Shown here one piece after another: positions 19,961-29,942 of a stretch of DNA of 64,000 bases (positions are counted from its first letter, which is position 1; each line of letters begins with the position of its first letter). The position numbers and the translations under genes are program-made. The notes beneath the pieces were generated by a model. That model was not told the DNA's origin and did no database searches. It saw only the letters and a list, made by a program, of their open reading frames with translations. This stretch comes from a bacterium (GTDB lineage: Bacteria; UBP18; UBA7526), in NCBI GenBank assembly GCA_030615855.1, contig JAUWYL010000002.1:68423-132422 (forward strand). The letters are read 5' to 3'.

Positions 19961-20968
19961 CTAATTCTCCATACCATACTGCTTCTTATAGAACTCTTCT
20001 GCCTTCTCTTTTAATCTCTTCCACCAAGATTCATTATTTCTATACCAGTCAACCGTCTCTTTTAAAGCCTTTTCAAAATTATGTTCTGGCTCCCAACCCA
20101 ACTTCCTTATTTTACTGGAATCTAGGGAGTACCTCCGATCGTGACCTGGTCTGTCCTTCACCTTCCTGATTAGGTCTTCACTCTTACCCAATATTTTAAG
20201 GACTGATTTGGTAATCTCAATGTTTGTTCTTTCGTTATCTGCTCCCACATTGTATATCTCGCCTATCTCTCCTTTATGGAGGATGAGATCGATTGCTCGG
20301 CAATTATCTAGGGCGTAGAGCCAGTCTCTGACATTCATACCATCTCCATATAAAGGAAGGAGCTTATTCTCTAAGGCGTTGGTAATGAAAAGGGGTATCA
20401 ATTTCTCAGGAAACTGGTAATGTCCGTAGTTATTTGAGGAACGGGTAATAATCATGGGAAGTTTGTAGGTAGTAAAATAAGATAGGCAGAGGAGGTCAGC
20501 GCTTGCCTTGCTCGCCGCATAGGGACTGGAGGGATTGAGAGGGTCGGTTTCTTTAAAAGAGCCTTTCTCAATGCTTCCGTAGACTTCATCAGTACTAATC
20601 TGAATATATCTGTTAATCTTATATCTCCTGGCAGCCTCTAAGAGAGTATAAGTTCCATAGATATCTGTTCGGATAAAGGATTCTGGTTCCAGGATGGAAC
20701 GGTCCACATGTGACTCGGCAGCGAAATTCAAAATCGTATCAACTCTTTCTTTGACTACACTATCTACTACTTTTTTATCGCGGATGTCTCCTTTGATGAA
20801 TCTATAATTTGGATTTTTCTCCACATCTCTTAAATTTTCAAGGTTCCCAGAATAGGTTAATTTATCAAGATTAGTAATTTCATAATCTGGGTATTTTCCC
20901 AAGAGATATCTAATGAAGTTAGACCCAATAAACCCCGCACCACCAGTGACTAGAATTCTCATCTGCAT
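19961..20968 (-). CDS. rmlB: dTDP-glucose 4,6-dehydratase
   Basis: NFAAESHVDRSI, ISTDEVYG, SPYAASKA, DRPGHDRRY. Confidence 0.95.
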   Translation of the reverse strand: MQMRILVTGGAGFIGSNFIRYLLGKYPDYEITNLDKLTYSGNLENLRDVEKNPNYRFIKGDIRDKKVVDSVVKERVDTILNFAAESHVDRSILEPESFIRTDIYGTYTLLEAARRYKINRYIQISTDEVYGSIEKGSFKETDPLNPSSPYAASKASADLLCLSYFTTYKLPMIITRSSNNYGHYQFPEKLIPLFITNALENKLLPLYGDGMNVRDWLYALDNCRAIDLILHKGEIGEIYNVGADNERTNIEITKSVLKILGKSEDLIRKVKDRPGHDRRYSLDSSKIRKLGWEPEHNFEKALKETVDWYRNNESWWKRLKEKAEEFYKKQYGMEN

Positions 20969-21089
20969 CTTCCTTTAATCAAATTTAGAAATATAGAGAT
21001 ATTGTCTACCTTTAAAAAGGGTTGGGGCGGGGTGAAGCCACATCCCCCAGTTACCAATATTTTCTTTCTATCTGCGTAATCCGTTGTAC

Positions 21090-21551
21090 TCACCATCCTT
21101 TTCTTCCTTTCCACTTCTCATAGGGGACGGAGGGATCGTCCAGAGATAAACGATGCTCATCTGGCTTCTGATAATCATAGAGATGGGTTGGAATATTTAA
21201 AAGCCAGCAATCTTCATTCCCCAAGTTCTCTATCCCATGAACTACTAAAGGCGGGATACTTAAGACCACCAGATTATCTTCACCAATGTCATACTCCTCG
21301 ACCTGGCCAAAGGTAGGGGAATCCTTGCGGCCATCATATAAGACTATCCTTCCTTTCCCTTTTATGAGACAGAAGTTATCTGTCTGTATCTTATGGTAAT
21401 GCCACCCTTTAATCCATCCTGGCTTGCACTTGCTGATATAGACCTGACCGAACTTCTCGAATATCTCATCATCTGAGCGCAGAATCTCAAATAATGCTCC
21501 CCTTTCATCCTCTAAAACTTTGAGTCTTTTAATCTTTACTCCCTCAATCAT
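21090..21551 (-). CDS. rmlC: dTDP-4-dehydrorhamnose 3,5-epimerase family cupin
   Basis: DERG, KGWHYH, HGI; probable start MIEGV at 21551. Confidence 0.85.
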   Translation of the reverse strand: MIEGVKIKRLKVLEDERGALFEILRSDDEIFEKFGQVYISKCKPGWIKGWHYHKIQTDNFCLIKGKGRIVLYDGRKDSPTFGQVEEYDIGEDNLVVLSIPPLVVHGIENLGNEDCWLLNIPTHLYDYQKPDEHRLSLDDPSVPYEKWKGRKGW

Positions 21552-21675
21552 CTTACCTTCCTCTTTCGCTTCGCTCAATCGTCGGAGTAGGAAAGTACAA
21601 AAGTATAAGAGTAAATAAGTAAAGAGATGATGGACTACTTACTTTCCTACTTTCCTACTTTTATACTTTCTTACT

Positions 21676-22740
21676 CTACAATACTTCCAGTCTGCTTCTG
21701 TCCCCTAAAGTAAATCTATAGCTCTGCGGTTTGGCCTTGGTTTTGGAGATAGAGACTTCTTTTCCAATGAGGCTCTCGTTTATCCTTCCTGAGATGCTAT
21801 CGATACTACTCTCCTCCAAGATGATGCTATGTTCGATTTCACTATTTCTTATTGTCGTTCCCCAGTAGATGGAGGTAAAGGGACCGATGTAGGAGTTGAT
21901 TATCCTACTTCTTTTACCGATGATCGCTGGACCACGGATGACGCTATTGATTATTCGGGCTCCTTTTTCAACGACTACTCTTCCTGTGATCCTGGAATCC
22001 CCATCTACCTTACCTTCGATCTTGGTCGACATGGATTCCAGGATAAGACGATTGGCTTCTAAGACATCCTCCACCTTACCCGTATCCTTCCACCATCCCT
22101 GAATAATGTGAGAACAGACCTTATACTCTTTATCAATTAAATACTGAATGGCATCTGTTATTTCATACTCCTTCCTCCAGGAAGGTCTGATATTATTTAC
22201 TGCCTCAAAGATGTTTTTATCGAACATATAGACCCCTACTAAGGCCAGGTCGCTCTTTGGTTTTTTCGGCTTCTCAGTCAGTCTGACTATCTTCCCTTTC
22301 TCCAATTCCGCCACCCCAAATCTCTCAGGCTCCCTTACCCTGGAGAGCAGGATTAAAGCATTCAGTTTCTTACCCTTAAACTCCCGCACCAAAGAGGTAA
22401 TCCCTTCCTTAATCAGATTGTCCCCTAAATACATCACAAAGGGTTCATCCCTAAGATATCTTTGGGATATCTTCACTGCATGAGCCAGTCCCAGGGGTGC
22501 CTCCTGCTCAATGTAAGTCACTTTCAGACCCCACTTCTTTCCCGTACCAACCGCTTCTTTTATCTCCTCCTTTGTCTCTCCCACAACAATACCTATATCC
22601 TTTATCCTGGCATCAGCAATGGCCTCCAATCCATAGAAGAGGATGGGTTTATTGGCAATAGGAATGAGCTGTTTTGCTCCGGTATGAGTGATGGGCCGCA
22701 GCCTCGTTCCCCTTCCTCCACTCAATACTAACGCTTTCAT
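21676..22740 (-). CDS. rmlA: Glucose-1-phosphate thymidylyltransferase (long form)
   Basis: GGRGTRLRPITHTGAKQL, LGDN, WWKDTG, C-terminal hexapeptide repeats. Confidence 0.92.
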   Translation of the reverse strand: MKALVLSGGRGTRLRPITHTGAKQLIPIANKPILFYGLEAIADARIKDIGIVVGETKEEIKEAVGTGKKWGLKVTYIEQEAPLGLAHAVKISQRYLRDEPFVMYLGDNLIKEGITSLVREFKGKKLNALILLSRVREPERFGVAELEKGKIVRLTEKPKKPKSDLALVGVYMFDKNIFEAVNNIRPSWRKEYEITDAIQYLIDKEYKVCSHIIQGWWKDTGKVEDVLEANRLILESMSTKIEGKVDGDSRITGRVVVEKGARIINSVIRGPAIIGKRSRIINSYIGPFTSIYWGTTIRNSEIEHSIILEESSIDSISGRINESLIGKEVSISKTKAKPQSYRFTLGDRSRLEVL

Positions 22741-22889
22741 ATCTCCCCCCGCAAACACAGATGGACACAGATAGGTTACAGATTCACACAGATCACAGAT
22801 TTGATATTAATGGACTATATCGCCCAAGATCAAAAATCCAGCCCCTACTAACCCCTTCTAATTCTTCCTAATCCCTACTAACCCTTGTT

Positions 22890-23843
22890 TTATGCTCTTT
22901 CTCTCCAGTAATCCAGTAGATCCTCAAGGGTTTTCTCAAAGGGTATCTCTGGCTTCCAGCCCGTTGCTTCCCTAAACTTTGTACTGTCTCCCACAAGTAC
23001 CGGCACATCGGATGGTCTCATCCTCTTGGGATCTTCCTTTATCTCTATCTTCTCCTTTGTTAGTTTCAATAATATATTTAGGACTTCCTTAATCTTCCAT
23101 CCCTTACCAGAACAGATATTATAGACCTCTCCTGGCTTCCCTTTCTCTGTGGCCAGCCAATAGGCCTTTACCATATCGCGAACATCAGTAAAATCCCTTA
23201 TCGCCTCCAGATTGCCCACGTGGATGACTGGCTCCTGCTTCTTCTTCTCGATCTTAGCGATCTGTTTGGCGAAGTCACTACAAACGAAGACCTCTCCCCG
23301 GCGGGGCCCGCAATGATTGAAACCTCTTGTTCTAATAATGTTCAGTCCATAACTTTTATAGTATTGATAACCCAGTAGGTCCTGTCCCACCTTACTTACC
23401 GCATAGGGAGATAAGGGTCTCAAAGGATTGGTCTCTTTAACAGGTAGTTCATCCTCCTCCACCAGGCCATACTCCTCCGAGCTTCCTGCGATCTGGATAA
23501 CAGGATTTATTTCCAATTCCCTCACCGCCTCAAAGACATTTAATTCTCCAATGATGTTAGTGGTTAGTGTCTCTTGAGGAGCATGCCAGGAGGTAGGAAC
23601 AAAGGACTGGGCAGCAAGATGGAATATTTTGTCCGGTTTTATCTTCTCAATAAGTTTTTTAACCGAGGAGGCATCCCGAATATCACAGCCCATCAAGGCT
23701 ATCCTGTTCTTAATATGCTCTATATTTTCTGTCTTCGATCTCCACCTCTCAATCCCGTAGATCTCGATATCTCCCTTCTTTAACAAGAAGTCTGCCAGGT
23801 GGCTTCCTACAAATCCAGTAATTCCCGTAATCAGAACCCTCAT
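22890..23843 (-). CDS. GDP-mannose 4,6-dehydratase / GDP-6-deoxy-4-keto-mannose reductase family SDR
   Basis: FHLAAQSFV, SPYAVSK, FNHCGPRRG, RPSDVP. Confidence 0.85.
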   Translation of the reverse strand: MRVLITGITGFVGSHLADFLLKKGDIEIYGIERWRSKTENIEHIKNRIALMGCDIRDASSVKKLIEKIKPDKIFHLAAQSFVPTSWHAPQETLTTNIIGELNVFEAVRELEINPVIQIAGSSEEYGLVEEDELPVKETNPLRPLSPYAVSKVGQDLLGYQYYKSYGLNIIRTRGFNHCGPRRGEVFVCSDFAKQIAKIEKKKQEPVIHVGNLEAIRDFTDVRDMVKAYWLATEKGKPGEVYNICSGKGWKIKEVLNILLKLTKEKIEIKEDPKRMRPSDVPVLVGDSTKFREATGWKPEIPFEKTLEDLLDYWRERA

Positions 23844-23845
23844 TC

Positions 23846-25135
23846 CTACCTCCCTATTCCTTGGTATTTGAAACCCATTTTCTTCATTTCTTCTGGCTCA
23901 TAGATATTCCTTCCATCAATAATGACTGGTATTTTGAGTAATCTTTTAATCTTCTTTAAATCCAATTCCTTAAACTCATTCCACTCTGTCAGGATGACCA
24001 AACAATCGCTCTTTTTAGCCACCTCATAGGCATCCTGGCAGAACTCGACTCTCTTTAAGATCTGTTTTGCCTTTTCCATGGCCGCAGGATCAAAGGCCTT
24101 TATTCTCGCTCCCTCTTTCTGTAGGGCTTTAATAATATCTAAGGAAGGAGCATATCTTAAATCATCAGTATTGGGCTTAAAGGAAAGCCCCAGGATGCCT
24201 ATGGTCTTATGGTTCAGGTTCCAAAGGGTCTTCTCTATCTTCTTTACTATAAGCCTCTTCTGGGCCTCGTTTATTCTCTCCACTTCCTTTAAAAGGTTGA
24301 AATTATATCCTAACTTCTGGGCAATATGTCGGAAAGCAGCCAAGTCCTTTGGGAAGCAGAATCCTCCAAAGCCTATCCCAGCGTTCAGGAAGGCCCTTCC
24401 GATCCTCTTATCATAGCCCATGCCCTCTGCCACCTGTAATACATCTGCTCCGGTCTTCTCACAGAGATTGGCCACAGCATTGATGAAGGATATCTTGGTA
24501 GCTAAGAAGGCATTAGAGGCATGCTTTATTATCTCAGCACTCTTTATATCAGTAATTATAATAGGTGCTTTTAATGGCTTATATAATTCAGTCATGATCT
24601 TTTCTGCCCTTTTGCTCTCTATTCCTAAGACGATCCGGTCGGGATTCATGAAGTCATGGATTGCCGAGCCCTCCTTTAAGAACTCTGGGTTCGAAACCAC
24701 ATCAAAGGGAACTTTCTTCCTGTTATTGATCTTAATGGTATGCTTCACCCACTCCCCGGTCTCTACGGGAACGGTACTCTTCTCCACAATGACCTTGTAA
24801 CTTTTCATATTCTTTGCGATCTCTTTGGAGACCGCCTCCACATAGGATAAATCCGCCTCCCCGCCCTTCTTGGGTGGAGTACCAACAGCGATGAAGATGA
24901 CCTTTGATTTTCTCACCCCCTCCTCTATACTGGTAGTAAAGGATAGTCTCTTCTCTTTAACATTTCTTTTGACCAGTTCCTCCAGTCCTGGTTCATAGAT
25001 GGGCATAATATTCTTCTTTAAGAGTCTAATCTTCTCCTCATCATTATCGACGCAGATGACCTTATTTCCTAAATCAGCAAAACAGGTTCCAGTAACCAAG
25101 CCAACATATCCCGAACCAATAACTGCAATATTCAT
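23846..25135 (-). CDS. ugd: UDP-glucose 6-dehydrogenase
   Basis: GSGYVG, EKSTVP, SNPEFLKEG, GFGGFCFPKD, FKPNTDD. Confidence 0.93.
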   Translation of the reverse strand: MNIAVIGSGYVGLVTGTCFADLGNKVICVDNDEEKIRLLKKNIMPIYEPGLEELVKRNVKEKRLSFTTSIEEGVRKSKVIFIAVGTPPKKGGEADLSYVEAVSKEIAKNMKSYKVIVEKSTVPVETGEWVKHTIKINNRKKVPFDVVSNPEFLKEGSAIHDFMNPDRIVLGIESKRAEKIMTELYKPLKAPIIITDIKSAEIIKHASNAFLATKISFINAVANLCEKTGADVLQVAEGMGYDKRIGRAFLNAGIGFGGFCFPKDLAAFRHIAQKLGYNFNLLKEVERINEAQKRLIVKKIEKTLWNLNHKTIGILGLSFKPNTDDLRYAPSLDIIKALQKEGARIKAFDPAAMEKAKQILKRVEFCQDAYEVAKKSDCLVILTEWNEFKELDLKKIKRLLKIPVIIDGRNIYEPEEMKKMGFKYQGIGR

Positions 25136-25261
25136 CCCGCCCCTCCTTCTATGGTGCAATTTGCTATTTTAAGCAGTATATGATTATTCTTACTATATCG
25201 ATTTCGCAACGAATTACAAAGAGGGGCGGGATACATTTTGTATATCTCCATTTAAACTATC

Positions 25262-25290
25262 AATATAGCACATATAAGCCCTTTTGTCAA
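25262..25290 (-). promoter_or_regulatory. Sigma70-type promoter upstream of the glycan cluster
   Basis: TTGACA-17 nt-TATATT with TG extension on minus strand. Confidence 0.7.
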
Positions 25291-25293
25291 ATT

Positions 25294-27423
25294 TTAGAAT
25301 ACTCCCTTCTCCTTGCCCTTCTCAATCTCCTTATCGAGTTGGTGCTGATGTCCTACCTTCAGTCCCGGGAACTCCTTTATGTTGAACTGGAGCCAGACCT
25401 TATGTTCCTCTAACTCAAGATAGGCCCTCTCCTTATAACGATAAGAAAAGGTTATCTCCCAGCAGTGGAGATCCCGCCAGAGCTCTGCCCCTACATCCCT
25501 CAATTCAAAGTCGCGGTCTAAAGGATCCTGCCGAAACCTATTCGATACCGTCAATCTCCACTTCTTCTTCCTATCCAACCAGAACCTCGCTCCACTGAAT
25601 AGGTGTTGGACATCATTAGAAATGTTATCAGCATCAGAGCCCTGGGTAAATCGGTGGCCAAAGTAGAAAGAGGTATATCTATTGGGGACGATTTCAAACC
25701 TATTGCCCAGGTTGGTCATCTTATTCACCCCACCGATGCTATATCCTGCATCAAGATCATACTCCAGGCATTTGGCAGGCCAGAGGCTTAGATCAAGTCT
25801 TATCTTATCCCAATGCTTTTCTTCTTTCTTAAGGTCATAGAGGGTAGAGAGTTTTACTTTTAACCTCTTGGGGGGAAGTTGTAGCCTGAAAGCACCCTCT
25901 ACCTGGCTTACTCCCGCCCCGGGATCAAAGGAGACATCGGTAGGCTCATGGACATTCTGAGAGTACTTGTAGACTATATCATTCTGAAGATACCTAGTAA
26001 TCCTGGTATTCAGCCTCCCAATCCCCTCATAGGTACCCCAATAGATATCGTCCTTATTCAATTTACTTGTCTGGTCATAGAAGTGTTGGGTATAGCCCCC
26101 CGTAAGAGAAGCCCCCATCCTGGGTCCCAGTTTGATAGGAGTAGTGAGATGCTGGGCAAGGTTTGCATTCCAACCTGTGAACCCCTGAGTCTTAGTATAG
26201 AGGCTCGTTGCCTGAACCTTTCCCTTATAGTAGAGAGGAAGACGACCAATGTTTATATAGCTACTCCCCAGGGTCAGTTCGGGAAGCTTCTGTTCTTGCT
26301 TACCAAACTTCTCGGTGCTGGGGTCCCAGGACTCCTTGAGGTGTCCCACACCCCTCATATAATAGCGGGGCTTGGTCCTGGTTACTGCCCCATAATAGTT
26401 AAGTTCCCTGGTCACCCTCTCCCTTGCCCCTGGCTCGTACTCTCTATTGAACTCGTCAACGCTCACATAGTCAACATAGGCTAAAGCACTTACATCCTTT
26501 GGTAGAGAGTGAGAATAGCGTAACTGGGCCTTATACCTCTCAGTGATTGCTCCTGGCTCCCGATAGTATTCACCATCATCGAACTTCTTTATCTCATGCT
26601 CCTTAATGTGGTAGCCATATAGAGTCCCGCTTCCCACATCCTTTCCTTTCCGCGAGATGGTATATTTATACCCTAATCCCTTCCCCCAGCCTGCTCTTCC
26701 TAAGTAGTCGCCATATAATGTTCCCCGGGAGCGATAGACCTTCCTCCAGGCCTGGGGGCGGAAATAGAAGTTATATCTGCTCTCCACCGTCCAGCCTCTT
26801 TTATTATCCTCACCAGGAACGATCACCCATCCATAGGGAACCCCAGTAAGGGAGCGAGTATAGAAAGGGAGATATAAGAGAGGCGCCTTTCCTAAGAAAA
26901 AGACCGCATTGTAAAGCCATATCCTATTCTCCAGACGTACATAGGCCGGATGGGCCCAGAAATGATAGTGAGGGGAAGGGTGCTCACAGGTAGTGAAGAT
27001 GCCTCTCTTGACTTTATATTTATCCTCTTCTAACTTGATCATCTCCTTTCCTTTGAAGTACCAGGGATCGGCATAGGTCGATCCCGGAAAACCGGCCACC
27101 TTCTTTATCTCCCCCTTCTTGGTCTTTGTACTATAGGTAATGGAGGTCCCTCTTATCTCCCTTATCCCATCCCAGAGGGAGGCATGCCCCTCGGCAACCG
27201 TCTCACCAGTTTTTAGGTTCATCTTTACCAGATCCGCCTCTAAGACAGTGTACTTCTGGGTCATCTTTACATTTCCAATGGCAACGATAATCCCCTCTTC
27301 TCGTAGGTATTCTATATAATCTGCCTCACAGTAGATGGGCTCCTCTTCTTCCTGAGCCATGAGAGAAGAGGCAAAGAGAATCAAAATAACGATAACAGAT
27401 AGGATAATTGCTTTAAATCTCAT
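25294..27423 (-). CDS. lptD: LPS-assembly protein LptD-like outer-membrane protein
   Basis: Signal peptide, OstA-like N-terminus (FTTCEHPSPHY), beta-strand-rich C-terminus with RDLHCWE. Confidence 0.75.
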   Translation of the reverse strand: MRFKAIILSVIVILILFASSLMAQEEEEPIYCEADYIEYLREEGIIVAIGNVKMTQKYTVLEADLVKMNLKTGETVAEGHASLWDGIREIRGTSITYSTKTKKGEIKKVAGFPGSTYADPWYFKGKEMIKLEEDKYKVKRGIFTTCEHPSPHYHFWAHPAYVRLENRIWLYNAVFFLGKAPLLYLPFYTRSLTGVPYGWVIVPGEDNKRGWTVESRYNFYFRPQAWRKVYRSRGTLYGDYLGRAGWGKGLGYKYTISRKGKDVGSGTLYGYHIKEHEIKKFDDGEYYREPGAITERYKAQLRYSHSLPKDVSALAYVDYVSVDEFNREYEPGARERVTRELNYYGAVTRTKPRYYMRGVGHLKESWDPSTEKFGKQEQKLPELTLGSSYINIGRLPLYYKGKVQATSLYTKTQGFTGWNANLAQHLTTPIKLGPRMGASLTGGYTQHFYDQTSKLNKDDIYWGTYEGIGRLNTRITRYLQNDIVYKYSQNVHEPTDVSFDPGAGVSQVEGAFRLQLPPKRLKVKLSTLYDLKKEEKHWDKIRLDLSLWPAKCLEYDLDAGYSIGGVNKMTNLGNRFEIVPNRYTSFYFGHRFTQGSDADNISNDVQHLFSGARFWLDRKKKWRLTVSNRFRQDPLDRDFELRDVGAELWRDLHCWEITFSYRYKERAYLELEEHKVWLQFNIKEFPGLKVGHQHQLDKEIEKGKEKGVF

Positions 27424-27464
27424 ATTTTCACTTTAATCAGGCCACAAGTCTCATGTTTAGGAAG

Positions 27465-27600
27465 CGGTGAATCGGTGAGCCGGTGAATCGGAGACTTTCT
27501 CCGTTTCTCCCCTTCTCCGTTTCAACATTTTTACAGCCTGTAGCCTGGAGCCTGGAGCCTGTAGCCTGAAACCTGCAGCCTGAAGCCTGAAGCCTGCATC
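27465..27600. repeat. Short tandem repeat tract (CGGTGAAT, TTCTCCGT, AGCCTGN heptamers)
   Basis: Direct reading; about 9 AGCCTG(T/G/A/C)-type heptamers. Confidence 0.85.
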
Positions 27601-28443
27601 TTATTTTGAGATCTTCTTCCAATCCGCCAAGAATTTTTCTACTCCTTCATCTGTTAAAGGATGCCTGATCAGTTTCTCAAGGACACTGAAGGGAATGGTA
27701 ACTCCTCCTGCTCCAGATAAAGCCGCTTTCTCCACCTGAAGAGGACTCCTTATGCTCGCTACAATCACCTCTGTCTTGAAGCCATAGTTTTTATAAACCT
27801 GAACAATGTCCTTCACCATATCCATTCCCTCTTGGCCAATGTCATCCAATCTTCCCGCAAAAGGAAAGCAATAGGTAGCTCCTGCTTTGGCTGCCAAAAG
27901 TGCCTGAGAGGAAGAGAAGACTAAAGTTACCCCAGTCTTTATTCCCCCTTTACTTAGGATCTTTACCGCTTTTAGGCCCTCTGGGGTAATGGGGATTTTG
28001 ACTATTATATTCTTATAGAGCTTAGCTAATTCCTCAGCCTCAGAGACAATCTTTCCTGCCTCAGTAGCTACTGGCTCCACACTAATTGGTCCATCTATTA
28101 TATTAGTAATCTCTTTGGTGAGAGCCTCAAGGTTTTTTCCCTCCTTTACTATGGATGAAGGGTTGGTCGTCACCCCATCGATAAGCCCCCAATCTGTGGC
28201 TTTCTTTATCTCTTCTATATTGGCGGTATCAAGGAATATCTTCATTCCTTCCGCTTCCCTCTTCTTCTCTTTAATCGCTCCCCCATGGGTCCTCCTTAAG
28301 AGACCTTTTCCCTCCATCTCTTCCAGATCTCTCCTTATGGTAGAGGAAGAGACCTTCAACGATTTGCTCAACTCTTCCACGCTAACTCTTCCCTGTTCTC
28401 TCAAAACCTTTAGTATCTCCTCCTGCCTTTGCTCATTAAACAT
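27601..28443 (-). CDS. DeoR-type winged HTH fused to transaldolase/fructose-6-phosphate aldolase
   Basis: RQEEIL...SSSTIRRDL...RTHGGA followed by FLDTAN, GVTTNPS, IVKIP, ASIRSP, HPLTD. Confidence 0.88.
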   Translation of the reverse strand: MFNEQRQEEILKVLREQGRVSVEELSKSLKVSSSTIRRDLEEMEGKGLLRRTHGGAIKEKKREAEGMKIFLDTANIEEIKKATDWGLIDGVTTNPSSIVKEGKNLEALTKEITNIIDGPISVEPVATEAGKIVSEAEELAKLYKNIIVKIPITPEGLKAVKILSKGGIKTGVTLVFSSSQALLAAKAGATYCFPFAGRLDDIGQEGMDMVKDIVQVYKNYGFKTEVIVASIRSPLQVEKAALSGAGGVTIPFSVLEKLIRHPLTDEGVEKFLADWKKISK

Positions 28444-28495
28444 CTTGAACCTCCTGCTTAATCACGCTCATTTGGTCAAATTTCTAATAACTCAT

Positions 28496-28524
28496 ATAAT
28501 ATCACATATATATTCTGTAGTCAA
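28496..28524 (-). promoter_or_regulatory. Sigma70-type promoter for the DeoR-transaldolase gene
   Basis: TTGACT-17 nt-TATTAT with TG extension. Confidence 0.6.
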
Positions 28525-28614
28525 ATTAAAACAAAAGCCCCCAAAAGAATGGGAGCTAAGATCTTTAAGGGTGAGGCAATTTATGTTCGATCGAATACAA
28601 ATTGCCTCAAATCT

Positions 28615-29940
28615 TCAGCCTTCCAGATAGGTTTTGGCTTCACCTATCGTATAGAGTGAGCCAGTAATAAGAACTATATCCCTCCTCTTTGCACAAGAGA
28701 GAGCATATTCAATCGCTTGAGAGACTTTTTCTTTAATTACTATAGAACCTAAATATTTCTTTGCTATTTCGGCTATCTCTTCTGGTTCTGCTGCCCGAGG
28801 GGTCTGAGGTCTGGTAATGATTATTCTGGAGGCTAAGGGTGCTAACTGGGCTACAATGCCCTTAATATCTTTATCTCTTAGAATACCCAGAAGGAGAATT
28901 AACCGCTTATAATTAAAAGAGTCTCTAATGGCTTCCTTGAGGGCCTTTACTCCTGCTACATTGTGAGCACCATCTAAAATTACCGTGAACCGTTTACCGT
29001 TTACTGTGAACCGTTTAACTTCCAATCTCCCGGGCCAGATGGTTTTGGCTAAACCTTTTCTTATCTCTTCTTTGCTAATTTTCACCTTTGTTCCTAAAAG
29101 TTCTACTACTTCTATAGCACAAGCAGCATTCAGCAATTGATGCTTGCCCAGAAGAGAAATCTTCAGACTCTCATATCTACTATAAATTCCTTGGACATTA
29201 AAGGTTTGCCCGACCCACCGCAGGTGGGTGCCCGCCAGTTTACCAGTTGACCAGTCATTTGGACTTTGGACAAGAATTTTTCTATCTACTCTATATAGTT
29301 TTGCTTGTTTCTTCCTGCAGGTTTGCTCTATCACAACCAATACTTCCTTCTTATTCTCTGCAGTAATGACTGGCACTTTCTTCTTAATGATCCCACATTT
29401 CTCATAAGCGATTCTCTTAAGGCTTCTTCCCAGATGCTCTGTATGCTCAAAATCAACATTAGTAATCACTGAGACCAAAGGTTTGGTGACATTGGTGGCA
29501 TCCAACCTCCCTCCCATCCCCACCTCTAAGATAGCAAAATCTACCCTTCGTTCTGCAAAATACTGCAGGGCTATAGCCGTAGTTATTTCAAAAAAAGTAG
29601 GCTGAAAACCGTAAACGGTAAACGGTAAACGGTAAACCTCTTTGACTAATTTAGTTAGTTCTTCCTTGGAGATTAATCCCTCGCTTGTCCTTATTCTTTC
29701 TCTGAAGTCAATTAGGTGGGGGGAGGTATAGAGCCCCACCTTATAGCCCGCTCCTTTTAAGATATAAAAAAGGAAGGCTCCCACCGAGCCTTTGCCATTC
29801 GTTCCTCCAATATGGATGACCTTTAATCTTTCTTGCGGATTCCCCAGTAATCTAAGAAGCCTTCTTATATTCTTTAATCCTAACCTTATCCCAAACCTCT
29901 GGAAACTCTCAAGGTATTTAAGGGTCTCTTGGTAGGTCAT
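28615..29940 (-). CDS. folC: Folylpolyglutamate synthase/dihydrofolate synthase
   Basis: GTNGKGS, TSPHL, EVGMGGRLDATN, WPGRLE, DGAHN. Confidence 0.95.
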   Translation of the reverse strand: MTYQETLKYLESFQRFGIRLGLKNIRRLLRLLGNPQERLKVIHIGGTNGKGSVGAFLFYILKGAGYKVGLYTSPHLIDFRERIRTSEGLISKEELTKLVKEVYRLPFTVYGFQPTFFEITTAIALQYFAERRVDFAILEVGMGGRLDATNVTKPLVSVITNVDFEHTEHLGRSLKRIAYEKCGIIKKKVPVITAENKKEVLVVIEQTCRKKQAKLYRVDRKILVQSPNDWSTGKLAGTHLRWVGQTFNVQGIYSRYESLKISLLGKHQLLNAACAIEVVELLGTKVKISKEEIRKGLAKTIWPGRLEVKRFTVNGKRFTVILDGAHNVAGVKALKEAIRDSFNYKRLILLLGILRDKDIKGIVAQLAPLASRIIITRPQTPRAAEPEEIAEIAKKYLGSIVIKEKVSQAIEYALSCAKRRDIVLITGSLYTIGEAKTYLEG

Positions 29941-29942
29941 GA

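Noticed and set aside
27437..27622. 61-aa ORF MEEDLKIRCRLQASG...
   Set aside because: Translation of heptamer/octamer repeats; overlaps the end of the transaldolase fusion.
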